In this document: positions 48,954 through 58,030 of the stretch, piece after piece
Layout of the letters: every line of letters starts with the position of its first letter
Position numbering within the stretch: position 1 is the first letter of the stretch
Assembly (NCBI GenBank): GCA_035380285.1
Contig: DAOSXE010000015.1
Coordinates: 1,927-65,926 of the forward strand
Length of the DNA: 64,000 nucleotides
Origin: a bacterium
GTDB lineage: Bacteria > Auribacterota > Erginobacteria > Erginobacterales > DAOSXE01
Direction of reading: 5' to 3'
Program-made: the position numbers and the translations under genes
Notes under the pieces: model-generated
Databases searched by the model: none
Seen by the model: the letters and a program-made list of their open reading frames with translations, nothing else
Told to the model about the DNA's origin: nothing

Positions 48954-50414
48954 ATGAAAGCACGGGCCATCATCGCAGGGATTCTGGCGGGAACGCTCGG
49001 GGGCGCCGCGGCGGTTCCGGGGTTCACCGTGAAAACCGGCGAAAACGGCGGATTCGCCCATTGGGGCGACGGCGGCGGCACCATATTCTACGAAGTGGCG
49101 GACCCAACCGAGGCGATCGGAGACCGGGAACTGAACCGTATCGAAACCGCCTTCCAGACCTGGGCCGCGCCTGCTCACGGAACCGTCCGTTTCGTCTTCA
49201 CCGGCCGCACCCGCAGGCCGCGGGCCGAAAAAGACGACCGCAACCTCCTGGTCTGGCGGAAAGATTGGCCCTACGGGGCCGACAACCTGGCGATGACCAC
49301 CACCTGGATGAACCCGGAAACCGCCGCCATCGACGAAGTGGACATCGAGTTCAACGCCCGCGACTACGACTGGACGGACGGCGGACCGGTCGATCTTCTC
49401 ACCGTCGCCCTCCACGAAATCGGCCACCTGCTCGGCCTCGGACATTCCTTCTACGCCGAAGCGGCGATGCACGACTCCCTGCCGCCGGAACATCCGATCA
49501 AGCGGACGCTGAGCCGCGACGACCTCGACGCCGTGGCGTTTCTCTACCCGGTGCGGAACTGTCATTTCTCGGTCTATCCCCTCGCCCCCGCCCGCCGGAG
49601 CCGGGCCGAGGTCTCCCGGCTCCCCGGGCCCGGCTCACCGTCCTTTCAGCGTTCGATCGCCCTGGCCGCCGTCGACGCCGACCGCGACGGCGTCGTCGAC
49701 CAGGTCGCGGCGGCTTGGAACGGCGCCAATGGGCGCCCCCGGTTCGAAGTCCGGGATTTCCGGCCCGACGGCCCCGGCCGTTATCCCCTGGTCCTGGGGC
49801 CCGTCGCTCCTCCCGAACTGAAGGGAGTGCGGGCCTTGGCCGGGGTCGACCTCGACGGCGACGGTTTTGTCGCCGAACTGGCCGCCGTCACCGGCGACGG
49901 GGAACGGGAGACGGTGCGGTTCTTCGATCTTCTCGATCCGGCCGGGGGCCCGGCGGCCGAACTCGATCTGGGACGTTCCCCCGCCTGCAACGTGGTGGGG
50001 ATCGCCGCTCTCAACGTCCCCGGGGAAGCGGCGCTGGCGATCCTGCGGGCCGAGCGCGACGGTTTCCTGCTGGAAATCGTCCCCCTTCCGGACCCCGGCG
50101 AAAAACGGCGCGCGGAACCGACCGCCAGCCTGCGCCTTCCCGGCTTCGGGAACGGTTCGCGTCTGCTGGGGATAGCTTCATCCCCCGACGCCGACGTCCG
50201 GGAACTGCTCTTTCTGGAGTACTCGCCGGAAGACGGCGCCTGGATACACGGTTTCGACCTGGAAAGGGATCTTTCGGGAGCCGTGACGGACCTTTCCTAT
50301 AATTCGTCGTTCCCCGCCGGGGAAGAATCCGGCGCCCTGCTCTACCGGATGGCGGTGATGGATCCCGACCGCGACGGCTGGGCCGACGAGCTGGTCATCC
50401 TCGGCGTTCACTGA
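48954..50414 (+). CDS. Secreted matrixin-like (M10) zinc metalloprotease with C-terminal FG-GAP-like repeats
   Basis: Signal peptide; HEIGHLLGLGHS (HExxHxxGxxH); C-terminal DADRDGVVD / DLDGDGF / DPDRDGWADE repeats. Confidence 0.75.
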   Translation: MKARAIIAGILAGTLGGAAAVPGFTVKTGENGGFAHWGDGGGTIFYEVADPTEAIGDRELNRIETAFQTWAAPAHGTVRFVFTGRTRRPRAEKDDRNLLVWRKDWPYGADNLAMTTTWMNPETAAIDEVDIEFNARDYDWTDGGPVDLLTVALHEIGHLLGLGHSFYAEAAMHDSLPPEHPIKRTLSRDDLDAVAFLYPVRNCHFSVYPLAPARRSRAEVSRLPGPGSPSFQRSIALAAVDADRDGVVDQVAAAWNGANGRPRFEVRDFRPDGPGRYPLVLGPVAPPELKGVRALAGVDLDGDGFVAELAAVTGDGERETVRFFDLLDPAGGPAAELDLGRSPACNVVGIAALNVPGEAALAILRAERDGFLLEIVPLPDPGEKRRAEPTASLRLPGFGNGSRLLGIASSPDADVRELLFLEYSPEDGAWIHGFDLERDLSGAVTDLSYNSSFPAGEESGALLYRMAVMDPDRDGWADELVILGVH

Positions 50415-51241
50415 TCTTCCCGGGCGGGAGCGCCTAGCTCCAGATACGAACAGGCTTCGGGCAGAAACCGCTCGATCTCCCGGATCCGGTCGGCGGTGGC
50501 GGGGTGGGTGGCCAAAAACTCCGGAGGTTCGGTCCCGGGGGCACGCATCATCCTCTTCCAGAAAGGGACCGCCTCCCGGGGATCGTATCCGGCCCGGGCG
50601 GTCAGGATGAGGCCGATCCGGTCGGCCTCGTACTCCTGGGTGCGGCTGTAGGGCAGAAGAATGCCGATCCTGCTTCCGAGGCCGTACGCGGCCAGGGCCA
50701 GCGCCCGGGTGGTCTCCGGCTCGTCCTCCAGAGCCGCGGCGAGGGCGACGGCCCCCATTTCCGCCAGGAGCAGCTGGCTGAGGCGCTCGTTGCCGTGGCC
50801 GGCGATGGCGTGCGCGATCTCGTGACCGATAACCACCGCCAGGCCGTCGACGTTTTCGGTGTAGGGCAGTATCCCGGTATAGACGGCGATCTTGCCCCCC
50901 GGAAGACACCAGGCGTTGGCGGTCTCGTCGTCCTCGATGAGGGTGAACCTCCATTGATATCCGGCGATCCGTTCCCCGTAGCCGAGTTCGCGCAGGAAAT
51001 CCTCGGCGGCGGCGGCCAGGCGCTTGCCCACCCTTCTCACCTGCCCCGAAGCCCGGGGGTCCGTGGAGATCTCCGACTGGGAGAGAATCTCCCGGTAGGA
51101 CGCGATCCCCAGCCGTTGCACCTCGTCGTCGGAGAAAAGGCTGAGCTGGCTGCGGCCGGTGTGGGGGACGGTGGCGCAGCCGATAAGCGCGGCGGCCATG
51201 GATGCCGCCGCCGGAAAAAGCGACCGGGCGAGACGGTTCAC
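50408..51241 (-). CDS. M48-family zinc metallopeptidase (lipoprotein-like)
   Basis: HEIAHAIAGH plus a downstream E (YSRTQEYEAD), and an N-terminal LIGCATV lipobox-like signal. Confidence 0.75.
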   Translation of the reverse strand: MNRLARSLFPAAASMAAALIGCATVPHTGRSQLSLFSDDEVQRLGIASYREILSQSEISTDPRASGQVRRVGKRLAAAAEDFLRELGYGERIAGYQWRFTLIEDDETANAWCLPGGKIAVYTGILPYTENVDGLAVVIGHEIAHAIAGHGNERLSQLLLAEMGAVALAAALEDEPETTRALALAAYGLGSRIGILLPYSRTQEYEADRIGLILTARAGYDPREAVPFWKRMMRAPGTEPPEFLATHPATADRIREIERFLPEACSYLELGAPAREDQ

Positions 51242-53019
51242 GGGAAAACCGCTCCTTCCCCGGCGGGGCGGACCCGGAAAACGCGCGCCCCCACCCCTTC
51301 GCCCGGGTCGAAACGTTCGGCGATCGGATAGAAGCTCGTCAACGAGGCCGGTTCGTAATTAAGCCGGTACAGCAGGGTTTTTTTCAGATCGCTCAGTTTC
51401 CGGATGTGAGCGGGCTGGGGGCCGATGACGGTATTGCCCCGAATGGCGAAGCGGTCGTGGAGAGGGTCGACCGCCGTCACCGCGAAACAACGGGTGTTGA
51501 TTTCGAGAAGATCGACTCCGCGCTCCCGCAACCGCCTCCAGGCCGAATCCTCGTCCAACCAATATACCCGGTTGACGTCCACGTCGATCCGTTCGGGGGT
51601 GGTCAAGGGCCGCAGGGAAGTCACGGCCCGGATGAAGAAACCCTGATTCCACGGGGCGAAAATCACCTCTCCCGGGCGGGTGAGGGGCGCCAGGCTCCGA
51701 TAGAGTTCATATTCCACCTGGGAGCTGCTGGTTCCGGCCGTGCTCCAGCACCAGAACGCGGACAACGCCGCCGGGACCAGAAACCACGCGTACCGCCAGG
51801 CGCGGCGGGGCAGGAAGAAAAACCAGACCCAGACCGGCGCGGCGGCCGCCTGGATGCGGGTGGCCCACAGCGACGCCAGGGAAGGCCCGCCCGCGAAGAA
51901 AACGGCTGCGAAGGGCATCTCCAGCCCCAGGAAGGAGGCCGCGGACGGTGCCAGCAGGTTGAGGGCGACGAAACCCAGACCGGCGGCGGCCGCGGCCAGA
52001 CCGGGACCGAGACCGATGCCGGCCAGGGCGACGCCGGCCAGGGCGGCCAGGGCCGGATCGAGAAGACGCGCACCCCGGTTGACCGCGAAGGCGACGGCGG
52101 CGGCGGTGAGCGCCACCACCGCGGGGAAAAACTCCCGGCGGGCGGCGGAGCGGTACAGGCCCCAGGGAACCAGGAAAAGAAAGAGCCCGTAGCGGTTCCA
52201 CAGCCCGTTGGGCGGGAAAGGCTGAAGGTCACCCACCCCGATCCTCACCTGGGCGGCGAGGTCGATGCCGCGGACCCGGGCGGCCAGGGGGGCCAGCCAT
52301 TCCAGAAGGCGGGCCTGAAAGAGCAGCCCGAGCCCGGCCAGGAGCAGGACCAGGCCGGCGAAATACAGAAACGGACCGAAGCGGCGGCGAGAAGACCGTC
52401 CCAGGGCGCGCGCGGGAACGTACAAAAGCGCCGCCAGAAGCCCCCCGGCCGCCAACGGCCCCACCATGAGGCCGGCCCCGAGCGCAAGCACCGCGGTCGC
52501 CCCCCAGAAGAGCCGGCTCCCGCCCCGTTCCCAGGCGGCGACGGCCCCCAAAAACACGAGGGTCAGTGGCAGCCCGGCCAGGTCGTGGGAGAAGTTGGCC
52601 AGGCAGAGGGTGAGCGGAGCGGGAAGAAAGGCGAAAACCAGGCCCGCCCACCACCCCGACTCCCTCCCGGCGCAGCGGCCGACCCACACCGCCACCAGCA
52701 GCGCCGTCAGGGAAGACAGGAGCACGCCGGTCAGAACCACGGCGGCATAGAGGGGGGCTCCTCCGAAAAACAGCCCGGGAAACCGCAGCAGCCAGAACGT
52801 CGGATCGAACGGAGAGAGACGCTCGCTTCCCCCGGCCACGCCGTAATAGTACCAAATCTCGATCAGATGAGACGCCTGCCAGCCGTTGCGCAGAAAGAAA
52901 GCCGCGTTGAGAACGGCGCGGACGGCGAAAGCGGCCGCGAAGACGGTCCACCAAGGGAACCGCCTATCGTCATCCGGCCGTTCGAGCCCGGGAAACGCTG
53001 TCGGATTCGTCTTCTTCAT
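51238..53019 (-). CDS. Polytopic membrane protein, possibly a GT-C-fold glycosyltransferase
   Basis: 593 aa with more than 10 predicted TM segments and a ~170-aa soluble C-terminus. It lies immediately downstream of a GT2 gene. The function is inferred from context only. Confidence 0.4.
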   Translation of the reverse strand: MKKTNPTAFPGLERPDDDRRFPWWTVFAAAFAVRAVLNAAFFLRNGWQASHLIEIWYYYGVAGGSERLSPFDPTFWLLRFPGLFFGGAPLYAAVVLTGVLLSSLTALLVAVWVGRCAGRESGWWAGLVFAFLPAPLTLCLANFSHDLAGLPLTLVFLGAVAAWERGGSRLFWGATAVLALGAGLMVGPLAAGGLLAALLYVPARALGRSSRRRFGPFLYFAGLVLLLAGLGLLFQARLLEWLAPLAARVRGIDLAAQVRIGVGDLQPFPPNGLWNRYGLFLFLVPWGLYRSAARREFFPAVVALTAAAVAFAVNRGARLLDPALAALAGVALAGIGLGPGLAAAAAGLGFVALNLLAPSAASFLGLEMPFAAVFFAGGPSLASLWATRIQAAAAPVWVWFFFLPRRAWRYAWFLVPAALSAFWCWSTAGTSSSQVEYELYRSLAPLTRPGEVIFAPWNQGFFIRAVTSLRPLTTPERIDVDVNRVYWLDEDSAWRRLRERGVDLLEINTRCFAVTAVDPLHDRFAIRGNTVIGPQPAHIRKLSDLKKTLLYRLNYEPASLTSFYPIAERFDPGEGVGARVFRVRPAGEGAVFP

Positions 53020-53109
53020 GGTCCGGACGGCGCCGGCATCCGGGCGCCGGGGCGCTCCCGGCGCCCGGATGCCAGTATACCAGAGAATGACCCGCGCGCG
53101 GGCACGGGC

Positions 53110-53847
53110 TCATCGGGGAAAATCGTAGAAAAACCGGTCCGCCAACCGGTCCGCTCCCCCCCTCAACGCCGCCCCGACCAGCCAGGGGCGGCGAAGCAGG
53201 TACCAATCGCCGAAATAATCGAACTTGCGGCAGGAGGTGGTGATAAAGGCCCGGTACAGGGTCCGGAATCTTCGGCCGGTGCGACGGCCGTGGGCGCGCA
53301 GCCGACGGGCAAAGTCGATATCCTCGCCTACGCGGCGACCGGGATCGAAACCGCCCACGGCTTCGAAATCGCGGCGGCGGCACCAGAACAGACCCGCCGA
53401 AAGCCCGATCGGGACCGAACAGTAGATGAGAAGCCCGGTCAGCGCGATTCCCAGGGAAAGCCGTTCGGGCCGGATCATGACGCCGCCCCCGACGCACCGG
53501 GGGTTTCGCAACTTCCGTTCGATCTCGGAGAGCATGTTGTCGGACATGACGCTGTCGGCATCGACGGTCACCAGGATCTTCCCGCGGGCGAGACGGGCCC
53601 CGGCGTTGCGGACCAGGGAAAGGTTCCGGGCGTTTTCGACCGCCACCTGCGCTCCTCGGGCCCGGGCGATCTCCCCGGTCCCGTCGGTGCACCGGTTGCA
53701 GACCACGATGGTTTCCACCGCGCCCGGGCAGGCGCGCGAGGCGCGGGCGGTGGCATCGAGGCAGGCGCCGATCCGCTCGCTCTCGTCCCGGGCGGGAACC
53801 ACAACGGAAAAAAGAGGCGCGAAGGTTTGTGCGGGAACGGCCGTCAA
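53110..53847 (-). CDS. Family 2 glycosyltransferase
   Basis: FSVVVPARDESERIGACLD ... VTVDADS (GT2 N-terminal fold and DxD). Confidence 0.75.
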   Translation of the reverse strand: MTAVPAQTFAPLFSVVVPARDESERIGACLDATARASRACPGAVETIVVCNRCTDGTGEIARARGAQVAVENARNLSLVRNAGARLARGKILVTVDADSVMSDNMLSEIERKLRNPRCVGGGVMIRPERLSLGIALTGLLIYCSVPIGLSAGLFWCRRRDFEAVGGFDPGRRVGEDIDFARRLRAHGRRTGRRFRTLYRAFITTSCRKFDYFGDWYLLRRPWLVGAALRGGADRLADRFFYDFPR

Positions 53848-54842
53848 TTATCCCGAGGCTCGCCGCCGGGCCTGAAGAGGTCGAGGAAACGGTCCTCGTA
53901 TTCCTCGTAGATTCCCCAGTGATCGAGTTCGGCCTTGAGGTGAGCCGCCAGGGCCAGATCCCGTTCCACCTGCTTGAACAGCTCCTCGATCCGGGCGATT
54001 ACTTCCCCCGGCACCGGCTCGTCCTCGTCCCATTCCTCGTCGTCGGAATAGGCCAAACCTTCCTCCCCCTCATCCATTTCCTCGAAATCCTCGTCGTCCA
54101 TGGGCATCAACGAGGCCATGGTCTCCTGGGCTTTCTTCCCCATTTCCGCCACTTCCTGATCGAAACGGACGATCGCTTCTTCGAACCCCCCGGCTCCGAA
54201 GGGCAGGTTGAGAAACTTGGTCAGAACCTGAAGCAGCGTCCTGGACGTGCGGGGGTTTTCGAAATTGATCGTATAATAGGGGACTTCCCCCAGAAGACAC
54301 ATGCCGGGCAGGTTTTCCCGGGCGGCGGCGCCCAGGAGGAGGCCGTTCAGCCCGCTGATCTGCCCGGTCTTGAGCAGGCGCATTCCCGCCTGGCGCAGGT
54401 GGTCGCGGAGTTCGGGGCTGTTGGCCACCCCCCAGAAACCGGGGGTCTCCCGATGCTGGATGGGGCTGGGAGCGGCGGCGAAGGTTATGATCCGGTACAC
54501 CCCCATCCGCCGGGCCAGGCCGATCGCTTCGGCGGCCATCCGGGCCTGATGGGAAACGTCGGGCTGGGCGTCCCCGGAGAGGAGGATGAGGTCACCCCCG
54601 GAATAAACGTTCTTCCAAAAATAAAAATTGGTTTCCGGAAGGTTGGGGACACGGGCCAGACCGGCATCGACCTCGATGCTGTTGGGGGCGAAATAGTCCT
54701 CGGCGTGAACGTAGGCAAAACGCTCAGCTCCCAGAACCTCGATCAGATACGAGACGATCTGGGAGGCCACGTACCCCATCCCCGGCCATGCGGCCAGGAG
54801 TTGGGGGTGCTTGAGACGAGGATTTTTCAGATAAGTGATCAT
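53844..54842 (-). CDS. PAC2-family protein
   Basis: Start chosen at MITYLKNPRLKHPQLLAAWPGMGYVA. The N-terminal pattern is PAC2-like and the C-terminal tail is acidic. Assignment is from memory of the family. Confidence 0.45.
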   Translation of the reverse strand: MITYLKNPRLKHPQLLAAWPGMGYVASQIVSYLIEVLGAERFAYVHAEDYFAPNSIEVDAGLARVPNLPETNFYFWKNVYSGGDLILLSGDAQPDVSHQARMAAEAIGLARRMGVYRIITFAAAPSPIQHRETPGFWGVANSPELRDHLRQAGMRLLKTGQISGLNGLLLGAAARENLPGMCLLGEVPYYTINFENPRTSRTLLQVLTKFLNLPFGAGGFEEAIVRFDQEVAEMGKKAQETMASLMPMDDEDFEEMDEGEEGLAYSDDEEWDEDEPVPGEVIARIEELFKQVERDLALAAHLKAELDHWGIYEEYEDRFLDLFRPGGEPRDN

Positions 54843-54856
54843 CGACGTTCGCCGTT

Positions 54857-55069
54857 TCAGAAGAACCAGAGCAGGAAGGCAAGGACCGCCGACCCGACCA
54901 GAAGCGCTCCCAGCCAATGTCTCCAGCCGTACAGCAGACCGGTGAGCGGGCCGACCGGCTCTTCCAGCAGCTCCCCGCAGTAGATGCAGTTCAGGTTTTC
55001 GTCCGGGGTGGGCTGGCCGCAGTGAGGACAGCGCACCAGCCCCGGTCCGGGGTCATTTCCCCTTCTCAA
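54857..55069 (-). CDS. Small zinc-ribbon membrane protein
   Basis: CPHCGQ...CIYCG followed by one TM (ALLVGSAVLAFLLWFF). 70 aa. Confidence 0.45.
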   Translation of the reverse strand: MRRGNDPGPGLVRCPHCGQPTPDENLNCIYCGELLEEPVGPLTGLLYGWRHWLGALLVGSAVLAFLLWFF

Positions 55070-56414
55070 GCTTCTCGGCCTGGCGTTCGTAATCCCTGGC
55101 CGCGGCCTCGTGTCCCCGGGCGCGGCTGATCCGGGCCACCAGTTTCAGGGCCTCGATCTTATCCCGGAGAAACGAACCCTCGGCGGTCTTGGTCGCGGCC
55201 CGGGCCAGCTGGACCGCGCTTTCGGACATGCCCCGCTTGAACTGGGCCTCGGCCATATTGACCAGGACCAGGGTGTTGCCGGGGAAAGTCACCAGCAGCT
55301 GCTCCAGGACTTCCTTGGCCGCGGCCAGGTCTTTTTTCTTCTCCAGTTCGAGGGCGAGCCCGGTCAGGCAACCGAAGACGTCCAGGTTCTTCCCCAGAGC
55401 TTCGCGGATACGTCCGTGAACCCCGAGCTTGAATTCGTCTCCCAGGCCCCGGTAGGCGGCTTCCAGGATGCTGTGGGCGTGAAGAACCTCCATGGGGTAG
55501 TAGAACGGGGTTTCCGAGAGACCGTCTTCGGTCAGTTCCGCGGCTTTCTTGAATTCGCCCTTTTTCAGGCGATATTCCCCCATGGCCAGCTTGGAACGGG
55601 AATCCCAGGGCTCGCGCTTCTGCTTCTGGATGGCGCGGATCCGGTCCAGCCAATCCTTGGCCTCGTCCAGCTTCTCCTCCAAAAGGCAGAGTTCGGCCAG
55701 CTGGATCATGGCTTGATAGGATTCGGGCTCCGTTTTCAGGATCCTGTTGAAGGTGCGGCGGGCGGAGGCGTAATCGCCGAGGTCGAGGTAGGCCAACCCG
55801 ATCCACTTGACCGCGTCCATGTCGTCTTTCCTGATCTTCACCGCCTGCGTCAGGAATTCGATCGCGTCCTTTTTTCTGCCCACTTTCATGTAAAGACGCC
55901 CCAGGTCCTTGATCCGCCGGTGGGTGGCGCCGAAAACCCGGATCGCTTCCTTGAGGTTCTGAATCCCCTGCTGATGTTCGTCCATGACGAAATAGAGCTC
56001 GTAGAGGGCCGCGTACGAGCGCTCCTTCAGGGGACTGGTCCGGGGTATGTCCTTGAAGACGGCGACGGCCTCGGGAAGCTTTCCCCTCCGTTTATATATC
56101 CGGGCCAGGCGCACGTGCGCCGACCAGCTCTCCCCTTCCTTGACCAACTGCTTGTAGAGATCCACGGCGGAAGCCGATTTCCCCATCTCCTCATACACGC
56201 CGGCCAGCTGTTCCCGGATGAGCCGGTCCCGGGGAAAGACCGAGAGCGCCAGCTTCAGCACCGCCACCGCCTGCTCGTGCTCGCCCCGGCGGGCGAGCAG
56301 CGTGGCCAGGTGTTTATACGGCCCGTCCAGGCTGGGCCGATCGACGATTCGGTCCCGGACCTCGCGTTCCTTGGCCCCCTTCAATTTCAATTCCAGATCC
56401 TTGATCGTTTTCAT
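55053..56414 (-). CDS. Tetratricopeptide-repeat protein
   Basis: Multiple 34-aa TPR-like units (..A...L..A......A...LG.....G.....A...). Start chosen at MKTIKDLE. Confidence 0.7.
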   Translation of the reverse strand: MKTIKDLELKLKGAKEREVRDRIVDRPSLDGPYKHLATLLARRGEHEQAVAVLKLALSVFPRDRLIREQLAGVYEEMGKSASAVDLYKQLVKEGESWSAHVRLARIYKRRGKLPEAVAVFKDIPRTSPLKERSYAALYELYFVMDEHQQGIQNLKEAIRVFGATHRRIKDLGRLYMKVGRKKDAIEFLTQAVKIRKDDMDAVKWIGLAYLDLGDYASARRTFNRILKTEPESYQAMIQLAELCLLEEKLDEAKDWLDRIRAIQKQKREPWDSRSKLAMGEYRLKKGEFKKAAELTEDGLSETPFYYPMEVLHAHSILEAAYRGLGDEFKLGVHGRIREALGKNLDVFGCLTGLALELEKKKDLAAAKEVLEQLLVTFPGNTLVLVNMAEAQFKRGMSESAVQLARAATKTAEGSFLRDKIEALKLVARISRARGHEAAARDYERQAEKLEKGK

Positions 56415-56567
56415 CCTGACCCCCTTGGACGGTTGCAACTTTGATTTTCAGGATAGCGCAGCCCGAAGAAGCCAGGGAAGCAAAAAGCCTCGGCCCGGCG
56501 TTCGCGGCGTCGGCGACCGGGGCGCGGGAGGCGGGGCCGGGGCCCCGCCTCCCGCGCCGGGGAGAGG

Positions 56568-57911
56568 TCAATACTCGTAGACGCTCCCGCCGATGAATTC
56601 CCGCAGAAGGGAATCGGCGGGGATGACGGAATCGTCCTCGAGAACGTCGACCTGTTCCAGCCAGTCGAGGCAGCGACGGGCCCGGGCATGGGCATCCTCG
56701 CGGCCCGGAGAGGCAGCGAACGCCTCCACCGCCCGGCGCAGGCTCTCGTACGTGTATTTCTTATGTACGGGAAGCTCGTACGGCAGATAGCCGTTGATGA
56801 CCGCGTCGGCCTCCTTGATGAAGGGAACGATGTACTTTTTTTCGGAATCCCGGACGTAATGCCAGTGTCCCACCGTCATTTCCGGGGAGTAGTTGCGGTG
56901 GAGGTTGTCCCGGACCATCCGCCGCAGGAGCCGGATGTCGGTCCAGGGAACGAAGTTCCCGTCACTGCCGGTCAGCTGACAGATCGCCTCGATATACACC
57001 CGGAACTGGCTTTTGCGGGGTACGCCCCGGGTCACCTGGTCGTGGAGGCCGTGGAGCCCCTCGACCACCAGGATTTCCCCGGGTGCGAGCTGCATCGTCT
57101 TGCCCGTTTCCTCGCGGCGGCCGGTTTTGAAGTTATAGACCGGCACCACCGTTTCTTTCCCGGCCAGGAGATCCTTAAGGTTCCTGTTGATGGTGGCGAT
57201 GTCCAGGGCCCCGGGCGTTTCGAAATCATAGTCGCCGTATTCGTCCCGGGGCTGGTCCTTGAGGTTCCAGAAATAATTGTCCAGGGCCAGAAGCTGCAGT
57301 TTTTCGCCCGCGGTCCGCAAGGCCTCGCAGATCTTCATCGTGGTCGTGGTCTTGCCCGAAGAACTCGGTCCGGCCACGATCACGAGCCTGATCCGGTCCC
57401 GGTGGGAGAGGATCTCGCCCGCGATTTTCCAGATCGCGCCCTCGTAGGCGCGGTTCACGTCGCGGATGACCTCCCCGTACCCTCCGAAAGCGAGTCTCCG
57501 GTTGATCCCCTCGATGCTGTCGACGTCGCGTTCACGGTTCCAGGACCGCGACCGGGTCACGATTTCCATGCGGTAGAGCTCTTCCCAGGTCACCCCCGGC
57601 GAGGAAGCCTGCTTCGGAGAGGGCTTCGTGCCCGCGCTCTTCTTCGCCGCCGTCTTTTTCGCGACCGCTCGCTTGACCGCGGTTTTCTTCGGGGACACCT
57701 TCTTCGCGGCGGTTTTTTTGACCGCGGCTTTCTTCGGGGGCGCCTTCTTCGCGGCGGTTTTTTTGACCGCGGCTTTCTTCGGGGGCGCCTTCTTCACGGC
57801 GGTTTTTTTGACCGCGCTCTTCTTCGCCGCCGTCTTTTTCGCGACCGCCTGCTTGACCGCGGCCTTCTTGGGGGCGGCCTTCTTCGGGGCCGCTTTCTTC
57901 TTGGTCGGCAT
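56568..57911 (-). CDS. Uridine-kinase-family (PRK-type) P-loop kinase with N-terminal histone-H1-like Lys/Ala repeat tail
   Basis: Start at MPTKKK, with an AGGAGG RBS 5-6 nt upstream. About 100 aa of AAPKKAAVKKTAAKK repeats. Kinase motifs: VAGPSSSGKTTT, LALDNYFW, DFETPGALD, VPVYNFKTGRRE, ILVVEGLHGL. Confidence 0.7.
   Translation of the reverse strand: MPTKKKAAPKKAAPKKAAVKQAVAKKTAAKKSAVKKTAVKKAPPKKAAVKKTAAKKAPPKKAAVKKTAAKKVSPKKTAVKRAVAKKTAAKKSAGTKPSPKQASSPGVTWEELYRMEIVTRSRSWNRERDVDSIEGINRRLAFGGYGEVIRDVNRAYEGAIWKIAGEILSHRDRIRLVIVAGPSSSGKTTTTMKICEALRTAGEKLQLLALDNYFWNLKDQPRDEYGDYDFETPGALDIATINRNLKDLLAGKETVVPVYNFKTGRREETGKTMQLAPGEILVVEGLHGLHDQVTRGVPRKSQFRVYIEAICQLTGSDGNFVPWTDIRLLRRMVRDNLHRNYSPEMTVGHWHYVRDSEKKYIVPFIKEADAVINGYLPYELPVHKKYTYESLRRAVEAFAASPGREDAHARARRCLDWLEQVDVLEDDSVIPADSLLREFIGGSVYEY
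57621..57905 (-). repeat. Coding tandem repeats (45-bp unit and variants) encoding the K/A-rich tail
   Basis: The unit TCTTCGCGGCGGTTTTTTTGACCGCGGCTTTCTTCGGGGGCGCCT occurs back-to-back at 57701-57745 and 57746-57790, with a partial third copy. A second ~40-bp segment recurs at about 57636 and about 57806. Confidence 0.75.
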
Positions 57912-57953
57912 CAATACCTCCTGGATGCTCATCCGCTACGGCTGCAGAAGGGT

Positions 57954-57988
57954 ACGCCCGGGCGGCCGCAGCCGGGCCGCCCGGGCGT
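57954..57988 (-). terminator. Perfect 13-bp GC-rich hairpin between the H1-like gene and the kinase gene
   Basis: ACGCCCGGGCGGC (57954-57966) pairs with GCCGCCCGGGCGT (57976-57988) around a 9-nt loop. No U-tract. Confidence 0.3.
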
Positions 57989-57991
57989 TGA

Positions 57992-58012
57992 CCCGCGCCC
58001 GGCGGGCGCGGG
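57992..58012 (-). terminator. Second perfect 9-bp GC hairpin
   Basis: CCCGCGCCC (57992-58000), loop GGC, GGGCGCGGG (58004-58012). Confidence 0.25.
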
Positions 58013-58030
58013 AACTGTGCGTACTCGGTG

